Shown: piece after piece, positions 1 through 10,940 of the stretch | Position numbering within the stretch: position 1 is the stretch's first letter | Layout of the letters: the number at the start of each line of letters is the position of its first letter | Assembly (NCBI GenBank): GCA_958009085.1 | Contig: OY253688.1 | Coordinates: 682,001-718,597, forward strand | DNA from: Protoeuglena noctilucae | Taxonomy: Eukaryota | DNA length: 36,597 nucleotides | Direction: 5' to 3' | The notes under the pieces: model-generated | What the model was told of the DNA's origin: nothing | Seen by the model: the letters and a program-made list of their open reading frames with translations, nothing else | Databases searched by the model: none | Program-made: the position numbers and the translations under genes

Positions 1-184
1 CTGGCTGCTGAGCTGACTGCGTGGCTACGCGGTACACCCAAGCCCTCGCGCCTGCCCATCGACCCTGCACTCCGTCACCTGTCACCCCCCTCACCCCTCA
101 CCTATCACCCCCTCACCACCCCATCACCCCCTCACCACCCCCCGTCACCTTAACACCCCATCACCCCCCTCCCCCCCTCCCCAG

Positions 185-1333
185 CTGGGCGCCGCCGCCG
201 TCTGCCACGGCGCGACCGGCAAGGGCAACGACCAGGTCCGATTCGAACTGGGATACTACGCCCTGAAGCCCGACATCAAGGTCATTGCCCCCTGGCGCGA
301 GTGGGACCTCAACTCCCGCACCAAGCTGCTGGCTTACGCCGAGGCGAACGGCATCCCGGTGCCGGCGTCCAAGCGGTCTGAGGCGAGAGTGGGGGTGGTG
401 GAGTGGTGGAGTTCGGGTTAGTTATTGCGAACATTGGGAGCGGTCACAGAACGATCCGGGTTGGCATCCCTCACTCTAGCACCCATCCCTCCCTCACCTG
501 CCCTCTCTCACCTGTCACCCACCCCACCTCAAACGCTCTCACCCACCCACCTCCTCACCCACCCCTCACTCTCACCCACCCCCCCCCCCCCCCCCTCCCC
601 CAAACTCCCCCCAGCCCCCCTACTCCATGGACGCCAATCTCCTGCACATCAGCTACGAGGGCAATGCCCTCGAGGACCCATGGGTGGAGCCGCCCGAGGA
701 CATGTACCTGCGCACGGTGGCGCCAGAGGTGAGAGACATGGGGGAATGGCTTGTCCAGATATGGTTTTTGCGTATGTATTCTGAATATTTGTATTTTAGT
801 AATATTTTCTGTGTAAGTTTACACATGCTTCATAAATGGTTTTTTTTTGTTTTTAATCATGTTTTAGTTTGTATCTATACTAAATACTGGTAATTATCAA
901 AAGTTATTGTTTCTGTACCCCCGCAGAAGGCCCCCGACCAGCCCACGTATTTGGAGATTGAGTTCGAAAAGGGCGACGCCGTGGCCATCAACGGGGAGCG
1001 CATGTCGCCCGCAACGCTGCTGAGGACGCTGAACGAGGTGAGGGGAGGGGTGGGGTTTGTGTAGAGAGATATATCCCATACCGTCACATGCTCGACACTG
1101 CTGAAGGGGTGTCGGTTAGCGATGCGGTGCTGCGGTAATACTGTCCATTACCCCATCTCATTCCATTCCACCAACCCATCTGACATCTCATATTATCACA
1201 TTCCCCAATTGTCACAGGTCGCCGGCGCCAACGGCATCGGCCGCCGCGACATTGTGGAGTCGCGCTTTGTGGGGATGAAGTCGCGGGGGGTGTACGAGAC
1301 GCCGGGGGGGACGGTGCTGCTCGAGGCACACAG
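185..1333 (+). CDS. ASS1: Argininosuccinate synthase, internal exons only (5' part lies before the window, 3' part in or after the N gap)
   Basis: Exons 185-382, 615-728, 927-1037 and 1218-1333 join in frame to [40 protein letters not shown]...[23 protein letters not shown]...[13 protein letters not shown]...[34 protein letters not shown]. These are the hallmark ArgG/ASS motifs. Donors at 383 and 1334 are GC. Confidence 0.97.
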
Positions 1334-1455
1334 GCGAGTGCGATATTGTGTTATTGATAGTGTTACTGTTACTGTTATGGTTATTATCAGTGATGGCTGT
1401 GGTGTTGTGTGTATGAGACGCCGGGGGGACCGTGCTGCTCGAGGCGCACAGGTGA
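1291..1455 (+). repeat. Direct repeat: ASS exon end plus donor (1291-1337) copied in the intron (1410-1455)
   Basis: gtacgagacgccgggggggacggtgctgctcgaggcacacaggcga vs gtatgagacgccggggggaccgtgctgctcgaggcgcacaggtga. Confidence 0.92.
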
Positions 1456-1520
1456 AGAGGACGTTGTTCTTGTTCACAATATAGTGATAGATGTTTGACT
1501 GCATGTGCGTCTTCATCCAG

Positions 1521-1720
1521 NNNNNNNNNNNNNNNNNNNNNNNNNNNNNNNNNNNNNNNNNNNNNNNNNNNNNNNNNNNNNNNNNNNNNNNNNNNNNNNN
1601 NNNNNNNNNNNNNNNNNNNNNNNNNNNNNNNNNNNNNNNNNNNNNNNNNNNNNNNNNNNNNNNNNNNNNNNNNNNNNNNNNNNNNNNNNNNNNNNNNNNN
1701 NNNNNNNNNNNNNNNNNNNN
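1521..1720. other. Assembly gap (200 N)
   Basis: Run of N between the converging ASS and NRAMP genes; both 3' ends are missing. Confidence 1.
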
Positions 1721-4700
1721 TGGCTGTTGCTGTTGTGGGTTGTTGTTGTTGTTGCTGCTGTCAAAATGGTGTTGGCATTGTTGGTTTGGATTGCGCTGTT
1801 CTTCGAAAGGCGGGACTGCGGGGGGGATTGAGAGGGGGTGGTAGAGGGGGTAGTGATGTGTGGAAGTGGCAATGAGTGTTTCCAATCCCACATATTCCAA
1901 TTTAACAATCACCATGACTCACCAGCAGCTCCCCCAGCGAGCACCCCTCCTGGAACAGGTGTAACGTCGAAGGCGCATTGGCCCCCACACCCACACCCAC
2001 ACCCACACCCGCACCCATAACACCCGCGCTTGCCCCCATACCACCCACATTGGCACCCATACCACCCGCACCCGCCCTCATCCCACCCCCCGCATTCCCA
2101 GCCCCCACCCCGCCCCCCTCCCTCCCCCTTCCGCTCCCCCCCTCTCTGCCGATACTGAGCTTGCCGATGGCGAGGGCGGCGTGGGTATCGCTGGGGCTGC
2201 GCCTTAAACTGCGATTGGATCGGTCCTCGTGGTCGTCCATCATTGCAGACGCCAGAATGGATAAGTCACTGGGTGGGGTAAAAGGGGAAGGTGGGGTAAG
2301 GATAAAGGATGCAGATGGGCTGAAGATGGGGTGAGAATGAGGGCGATGGGAGAGGGGGAGCTGATGTGTCGCCATACACGCACCCCGCAGCATTGCTGAG
2401 TCGATGCATTAAAGAAACCGAGCCTAACATTATCAATGATGATAACCATAATAACAATAATAGCATTATAACAATATATCGACAATAATAATAACGATAA
2501 GTAAGAAAACAACAATCACAATAGTAACCCCACGCCCCTCCCTCACCGCACGCTCCTCCCCGACCGCACCCGCCCCTCCCCCCTCGTCGCCCCCACCGAC
2601 GCCGCCACCTGCCTCACCCCACCCCCACCCGCATTTGCAACACCCGCGTTTGCGGCGATTGCGCGCGCGTTCATTGCGATAGGGATGCCGCCCGCCACGT
2701 GACTGCCGAACGCGGGCTTGGGATGCGGGTGCATGTGTGATGGCATGTGCGGGTGGTGGGGTGCGAGGGGTGGGGCGGGGGTGGGGTCGAAAGCGGTGAG
2801 GTCTGGGGCACTGCGGGGGGGGAGAGTGTGTGAGAGAGATGATTAGGTGGGATGGGGAAGGAAGGGGACGTTGGTGACACGTGAAAGTAACAATTACGGT
2901 AACAACCGTAGGGCTGCAGGTGTGTCAGACCCACATACGCTGCCCACCCATGAACGGCATGCCGTTCATTCATTGTGTACAATATACACACCCCATCTCT
3001 TATCCCCTCTCACCTCATCTTCCAGTGCCCCTCCCAGCCCCCGCTGCTGCAGCTGTGCCGCGCCGCCGCCGCCCCCGCCCCCACCGCCCCCGCCCCCGCC
3101 TCCCGCGCGCGCATCAAAGCGCCGAATGTGATGCCGCCGGGGGGGATGGCGGGGACGGCACTGCTGTGGCTGTGATGGTTGTGGTTATCCAGCAAAGGGC
3201 GAGTGGGGGTGGCCTGCGGGGGTGGGGAGAGAGTGGGGTTAATGAGTTAGGGGTTGCGCATGTGTTTAATGTGTATCATCGCATTCCAATGCATCTCGCA
3301 AACCCCTATCACGCACACCTGCACCCCAGCATGCGCACAACCCATGCCCTCACCCCATCACTCTACCACACCCCCATCCATCACCCCCCCACACAACACT
3401 CACCCCCTCCGCCCCCCACCCCATCCCCTCCTCCCTCAATGCCCACGGCAGTGGCGCGTTCGCATCCCCCCCACGCACCGCCCCATCCCCCCCCCTACAC
3501 TCCCCCAGTATTTCATTCAAATCGTCATCGAATGACAGCGCCTTGCTGCCCAGATACCACAGCAGGTAGAGGTATGCGATGGCGCACGTGATGGCGAGGA
3601 GCCAGATGAGGGACGAAGCGAGGGGGCCGCCTGGATGGGAGGGGGAGAGGGGATTAGGGGGGTTAGGGTCTTTATAAAACTGAGGATTGGAAGGGGTGGG
3701 GTGAGGGGTGAGGGGATAAGGGGGTAAGGGGGGTAAGGGGTGATGTGGGTGTGGGAGGGGTCAGGTAATGGGGTGAAGTGATATGCTGGGTTGAGCAAAG
3801 AATGCAATCATGACTGAAGCACTCCCCACCACCCCTCCCTTCCCCCACACCCCCCCGCCACTCACCCCACCCCCACGCCGCCCTCGCCACCTCTCTAACT
3901 GCAGGTGTCGCCTCGATTACGAAGCACCCCAGGTTGACAGAGACGAATAGCAGAGACGCGATTGCGCAGGTGATGGATAGCCAGAAGCCAGATGACTGGG
4001 GGGAGGAGATGGGGATGGGGGTGGGGTGATGGGGATGGCGGGGGTGGGGTGAGGGGATGGTGGGGTGGTAAGGGAGGGGTGGGGGTGGGGGGGGGTGGAT
4101 GCGTGGGGCGACTGTGGCGTGTGAAAAGCAGCTTTGCTCTGCAATCTCCCATAGCAATCCCCACCTCACCACTGCCTGCAATTGTCACACCAACAAAACT
4201 AACAACCTCGTTACATCTCCCATTCCTCCCCTCACCATCGCCCCGGTAATGGCGGGGTTGGCGCAGGCGGCCAGCAGCGGCACGAGCGCGAATGGCAGCT
4301 GGACGGTCTGCAGCACATTCAGCGACTGGTTGAGCGTGTCCAGTGCGTGGGGTGACGATGCCTGGGAATATGAGAGAGAGGGAGTGAGTGAGTGAGTGTC
4401 GGTGTTTGGATGGTCTGCAGCACATTCCGTGACCCATTCCCACTCTAACAATCTAACATTTCACCCTTTTCACTTCCCACACCCCTCACCATCCCCACCA
4501 CCGCCAGCGCCGGCCCCAGCGCCACCGCCCGCGTCACCGCCACCCGTTGCATGGGCCGCATCCGCACCCCCAGCAGCCCCGTCATCACGTGCTGCCCCGC
4601 CAGCGTGCCAGTCATCGTGCTCGAGTTGCCGCTCGCCAGCAGGCCCAGGCCCCAGATGTACCTGGGAGATGAGGGAGAGAGGCGGTCGTTACATGAAGTG

Positions 4701-7022
4701 TTACTAGTATTACTATACGGTACCATGGCAAGAGAGGGGTGTTTGGAAAATGTGTACAATGTGTGTGTGGATCACCCACCCCCTCTTCCCTCACTTCATC
4801 GCTAACCCATCCATTACCACCGCATAACCCAACCACCCCCCCTATCCCCTCACCCCATCGCTACCCCACACACCCCCACCCCTGATCCCCCCCTCACCTC
4901 ATCGCCGGCCCATACGCCGCCACCAGCATCGCCCCCGCCGTCGTGAGCCCCGCCTGCCCCGCCCCCGGCTGCCCATAGAACCCTTTCGCAAACACCGCGA
5001 CCACCGCCACATTGATCGCCAGCGATAGCAGCAGAGCGATGGCTGAGTCGGTGCCCAGATACCACAGCGCGCGCCGCTTGTGGGGGGTAGTGACGGTGGC
5101 GTCGCGCGTGCGCGTGAGGACGAGCGCGGAGTGCAGGAATACGTTGTGGGGCATCAGCACGGATCCCACCAGCGCGGCGGCGATGGTGGCGGTGCCGCGG
5201 GGGAGGGAGGGGAGGAGGAGGCCCTGCGGGGGGGGGGGAGGGGGAGAGGGGATTTGTTTTAACGGTTTATTTAAAAACTGATTGGGAGGACCAATACGCC
5301 GTTCACACATGATCGTTACTGCAACAGCATCCATACCCATCCACTTCCCACTCACCTTCGCCACCTCGCTCGCCTCCACCCACCGCAGTCGACACATCAC
5401 ATCTCATGATATCAATAAAGCATCGACACCCCTCCCCTTCCCACTCACCTTGGCCACTTCCCCCGCCTCCACCCCCGCCCTGCCTGCCATGACCCAGAAG
5501 GAACCCGCCATGACCGCCACCAGTGCCGCAAACATGCCCTCGACCATGCTGGGGGGGGGAAAGAGAAGTGGGAGGTTGGTTTTAAACACATACATGCACT
5601 CAAAGATGGTAGTACGATACTAGAAGTGATAGCAATGCTGTGATGCGGGGGGGAGAGTGCAGGGAAGCGACGATCGTAACGTGCTCTCCGCAATGCTGGG
5701 GGAATCCCCATAAACACCCATCATGCACACTCGCCACCCTCATTGGAGGGTTAACCACCCTCACCGGAACCCGAACCCGTCCGCCGCGAGCATGAGGAAG
5801 GAGCCTAAGGCCCCCACCACAACCCCGGCCGGCAGCGGCACGGCTCCTTTTGACAGAAACGTCAGGGCTGCGGCACATCCCAGCACCTCCTGGATGTCGC
5901 TGCCCACCACGGCGAGCTCCATCATCACCCACAGGGCGAGTCTGGGAGAGGGGAGGGGTGGGTGGGGGTGATGGTTGCGTGGGTGAAGTGACGACATCGC
6001 ACGGTGGGGAGATGGGGTGTCCGTGTTACCCCGCACAGTACAGCACGCTTTCCACGTAATGTGCTCTGAGGCAGTCCAAGGACTGTGCCGGGATACACAC
6101 GCACACAGCTACAGCCGACGAACTCCCCCCCGCCTCCACCAGCTAGTCGCTCGCTAGCAACTTGCTCACCTGGGCACGCGTGGGTAGACCCCCCGACAGA
6201 CGGAGGCCAGGTCCCGCCCCGTCGCGACCCCCACCCTCGCTGCCTGCACTTGCAGCAGCAATCCCAGCGCAGTCGCCCACAGCACCACCCACAGCAGCGC
6301 CGTGCCGGAGGACGCGCCCGCCTGCAGGTCGCCCTCCAAGTTTCCGGGATCCAAAAACGCGATCGACATTAGCAGGCCGGGGCCTGAAAGCGAGGGAGGG
6401 CGCGGAAGCGGAGGTTTTCTCATTCGCGCAACCGAGCGCTTCTGGAAAGACGCGTGGGGCGACGCCGGTGGACGCGGCAGGAATCGCGGTTCGATGCATT
6501 GTGCGTATATGCATTCGCAGACCGCCTCGCCTGTGAATCGCCAGAGCTCGCGCCACGAAAAGGGCGCAATGTCGGCGTCCGGGGAGGGGAGGCCCAGGAG
6601 CAGGCCGTGGCGCCGGTAGGACCCCGATCCGTGCGCGATGGATCCCTCGGGAGGTAACAGACGGAACGGCTCCTCCCCATCCCTGTCCGCTCCATCCTGC
6701 GCGGAGGAAGGGACCCACGTTCCACTCCGCGTTGTAAATGCCGCGCGAAGCGCCACGAGCGCTCCCCGATAAGCCCACGCGGGCAGCGGACGACATACAA
6801 GGGTGTTTAGTAAGCAGCCAAGCGCCCCGCCCCGGCAGCGAGGCGACGCGAGCTCCCCCGGTCCGGCCCTGAACGACACACGAGCAGTCCCAACACAGAC
6901 GCCGAGAGGAGGGATGCGGGCGCGCATCGCACCGTCCCGTGACCGATGAGCGGCTCCGTCAGCGCGTCCCCGTCGCGGCCGGCCAGCCCCGGCGAGGGGC
7001 CCTCCCGGCCCGGCCCGAGCAT
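1721..7022 (-). CDS. NRAMP: NRAMP/SLC11 divalent metal transporter with a long low-complexity C-terminal extension (3' end runs into the gap)
   Basis: Exons 7022-6933, 6696-6531, 6383-6170, 5941-5765, 5548-5449, 5223-4898, 4661-4490, 4361-4236, 3995-3866, 3630-3404, 3213-3014, 2810-2547, 2268-1923 and 1815-gap are all phase-consistent. Motifs: [97 protein letters not shown]. The core (6696-3540) is secure; the start codon and tail exons are less so. Confidence 0.93.
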
Positions 7023-7435
7023 CTCTCGCCAGCCAATCGCCCCTCAGCAAAGGGCCCTGGCTCTGAATCAGTCGCGGGCGCAAACGTCAGCACGCGATGA
7101 CACTGTTCCGACCGTCTCCCCATCCACGCGCGCGGCGCAGCGACAAGGGGATGCTGGAGCCATCATGTCTCGAGGATCAACGCAGGGGTCGCCGCGGCCA
7201 ATAGCATATGCGGGAGATCGTTGAAATGCAGTAGGCGAGCGCGCAAAACCCCGCCTCGATCCTGCGTCAGCGCGATGGTCAGCGAGCGCCGTGCCGCCAG
7301 TGTGTCGCCCAGCCCTTCCCTCCTCGGCGCCCGCCTCCCCGCCCCAGTTTCCCCCCTGCCGCACCACCGCAGTCTCGCTGTCGCGCTCGCCCATTCAGCC
7401 CTTCCCTGCCTGGGGAATCCGCGGGGTCCGTCGCC
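7023..7435. promoter_or_regulatory. Probable bidirectional promoter between divergent NRAMP and HDAC genes
   Basis: 413-bp CpG-rich interval between the two inferred ATGs (7022 on -, 7436 on +). Inferred from gene geometry only. Confidence 0.5.
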
Positions 7436-10356
7436 ATGACGGGCCAGAGGTGAGACGGCATCCTTCCTGCCCCGCCGCGCGCCAGGTTTGCTTCGTGGAG
7501 TCCCGCGAACGCGCGGCGGGCGCCCAACCGCGACCCGCCCGCGTGCGGTGCGCCGGGAGGCACGAACTGGTATGGCGACCTTTTTCGCGTCCCTGCGTGC
7601 GGTAGCAATCGATCCTGGGCCCGAGCGAGCGATGTCTGGCATTTCGACTTCGCGGAGCCACCGGTCGTCGCGCGCCCGGGCCCACGTCGTTCGCACGGCC
7701 GGGCGCTGGAGGGCCAGTGCCGAAAGCGTTCTGCAGGCCCGAGGCTGGGCCCTCCGTCGACCGCCGCCCGTGCTGGCATTGCTTCGCACACGACAATCGC
7801 GATTGCGCGATCCTCGGTTCCCGCGCCCCCTCCCGCGACCGCTCCCGGCGCACCTTGCCCCCTCCGCAATCGCGCCTCCCCCCGCGCGTCCCCCAACCCC
7901 AGGAGAGCGGCGTATTTTTACGATGAGCACATCGGGAACTTCACGTACGGGGGCGGCAACCCTATGCGCCCCCACCGAGTCCGGTGAGCGCCCGCAGTGC
8001 GCCGCTGCGTCCTGGGCCGCGCCACGGCCCCCCGCGCGCCCCCTCGGGTCCCTCGCCGCCCGCGCCGGGTTCCTCGTTCCGATCTGCGGCGCGCGCGCGC
8101 GTTTCATGTCCCGGCGAGCCCCCCTCGGTCCGCAGGCTGACGCACTCGCTCGTGACGCACTACGACCTGCTCCCGCGCATGGTAGTGCACCGGCCGCGCA
8201 AGCGGACGTTCGAGGAGCTCACTCACTTCCACGCGGACGAGTACGTCGATTTCCTGCGCATGGTCACGCCGGAGAACCAAGACGAGTACATCCAGCAGCT
8301 GCGCCGCTACAACCTGGGGCTGCCGGGCGAGGCCGACTGGTGCGCGGGCCCGCGATGCTTTGGATATGATTGGTTATTTATAGTGTATGACTTGGCGCGA
8401 TCGCGGGGCGATGCGGGGCCCGGGCGCGGCCGGGCGGGGCCTGCTTTGGGTTTTTGAGTGCGTGCGCGCGCGCCGCGCGATCCGCGCCCTCCCGTCCCGC
8501 AGTCCGGTGTTTGACGGGATGTACGAGTACTGCCAGACGTACTGCGGCGGTTCCGTGGACGCGGCCGCGCTGATCAACACGGGCGAGGTCGACTTGGCTT
8601 TTAACTGGAGCGGCGGCATGCACCACGCCAAGGTGCGTGAGGGATGCCGGTCGCTGCGTGAGAAACCGACTGTGATGGTTGCAATTGCAGCTATCGATAT
8701 TAGGTGTTGTGCTCGGCGTACGCACCGACCGCTTCACCACGCCCCTGCCCTCACGCGCCCACCCTGGCTGCATCGCTGTCCCATGAATCTTCGCTTGTTA
8801 CGCAAAAACGCAGAAAGCGGAGGCCTCTGGTTTCTGCTACATGAACGACATCGTGCTGGCCATCCTGGAGCTACTCAAGACGCACGCCCGGGTGTTGTAT
8901 GTCGACATCGACATCCACCACGGCGATGGGGTGGAGGAGGCGTTCTATCTCACCGATCGCGTCATGACGGTCAGCTTCCACAAATACGGGGACTTCTTCC
9001 CGGGGACGGGGGCCCTGGGGGACTACGGTGAGGGGGGGGGGGGGGGGGAGTGGGGGGGATGGGGCTGTGCCAATCGCGCAATGCAAGCACACGCACTTAA
9101 GCATTTGGTTCGTCACACTCCACACACATGCACATTGTCGTACATCCCATCACCACCCATCCACACAACTCGCACCACCCACACCCACCCATCCCCCATA
9201 TTTCCCAACCAGGCCACGCCCGGGGCAAGTACTACGCGGTGAACGGCCCCCTGCTCGAGGGCATCGACGACGCCAGCTACGAGTACATGTTTCGCCCCAT
9301 CATGCAAAGGGTCATGGAGCTATTCCAGCCGGGCGCGATCGTGGTGTGCGGGGGCGCCGACTCGCTGTCGGGGGACAGGCTGGGGTGCTTCAACCTCAGC
9401 CTGGAGGGGCACGCGTCCAACCTCGACTTCCTGCAGTCGTTCGGGTGAGAGCGTGGTATGGGGTTGTAACAGAGAGATGGTGTCGGGGTGGGGGACTATG
9501 GTGGGCAGTGACTGTCCCTCCACTCCACTCTCACATACTCGCATACTCACCATAACCTGTCCAACCCCACCTCCCCAGCGTCCCCATGCTGCTTCTGGGC
9601 GGCGGCGGCTACACGATGCGCAACGTGGCGCGGTGCTGGGCGTTCGAGACAGGGCGCATGCTGGGGGTGGAGATGGCGGACGAGCTCCCATCCAAGGCCC
9701 TATCCGAGTTCAATTATTACATGGACAGCGGCCGCCTGCGCATCCAGACGTCCAACATGAAGAACGCCAACACGAGGGAATACCTGGATAAGGTGGTCAC
9801 CACGTGCCTGCAGGTGAGGGGGTGGGGATAGAAGGGGGGGGTGTGCAGTGTTGGGTCAGTGGGAGATGTGGGGGGATGTGCAAAGGTTGTTAAACAGGCA
9901 TGGGATGTATGTTATATCAGAGGATCTCTTTTGAGCTGCTGATACGCGCACTGACACGCATGCACTCACATGCACTTGCCCCCACTCACACCCCCTCACA
10001 CGCACTCACCCCCCCACCACCATCCCCAGAACCTCTCCAAGCTCCCCGCCGCCCCCTCCGCGGACTTCAAGGCCCCCCCCGATGCCATGGGCGTGACCGA
10101 AGCTGAGGCAATGGACGAGGACGTCGATGCGAGGGGCGGGGGGCAGGCGGTGCGTGAACGTCGCATTGAGAGGGATGATGAGAGGGATGGGGGGTTGCCG
10201 GGTGGGAGGTACGAGTACAATCCCCGGGATGACCCTGATTGGGATGGGCCGGAGAAGCCTGCTGCGTTGGCGGAGGGGGGTGCGGGTGCGGGTGCGGGGG
10301 AGGTGAAGGGGGAGGAGGGGGCAAGGGGGGAGGGGGGGGAGGGGGGGGGAAGATGA
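7436..10356 (+). CDS. RPD3: Class I (RPD3/HDAC1-type) histone deacetylase, ~478 aa
   Basis: Exons 7436-7449, 7903-7983, 8136-8339, 8503-8632, 8814-9027, 9213-9444, 9579-9813, 10030-10356. Translation: [37 protein letters not shown]...DCPVFDG...[24 protein letters not shown]...[17 protein letters not shown]...[16 protein letters not shown]...[14 protein letters not shown]. Catalytic and Zn-binding residues are intact; all introns are GT-AG. Confidence 0.96.
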
Positions 10357-10940
10357 GGAAATGGGGGAGTGAGAGTGAGAGGGGATGGGGTGAGAGAGTG
10401 GGGTTGCTTAGTTGGGTGGAATGTGAGGGGTGGGTGGGTGTGGGAATTGTGTTGGTGTGTGCGGTGGGTGCGACTGGCTTATGAAATGTATGGAAACGTC
10501 GCGTGTGCGGGGTTGGCGTTGCCAGTGGCTATTCTAATGAGTCTATCCAAGTCGGTGCTGCTTGAACACGACGCATTCGTCAGTCTTTCCAATATCGTCA
10601 GATTATTGTCAAATTCGAATTCAATCACTGCGCGGCGCCGCAGTTGGCGCTCGCATAGTCCATGCCAGCATGCGGTGTCAGTGCCCGTGCGTGGCGCGAG
10701 GAAGAGCGATCGCAAGCAAGGCTTTACATATTACGACAAACGGTGTTGTTGTTGTGACTAGATTGTATGTATAGGAAAGGGTCGTCATGCTCCGTAAACC
10801 ATACGCTCCACCCTCGCACCCTCACACACCCCCACCCCACCCCCTCCCATCCCCTCACAGCTGCCCCGCCACCCCTTCACACACCCATCCACTTACACAC
10901 CCTCACCCCCCCCCACCCCCCACACACCCCGACATCCCCC

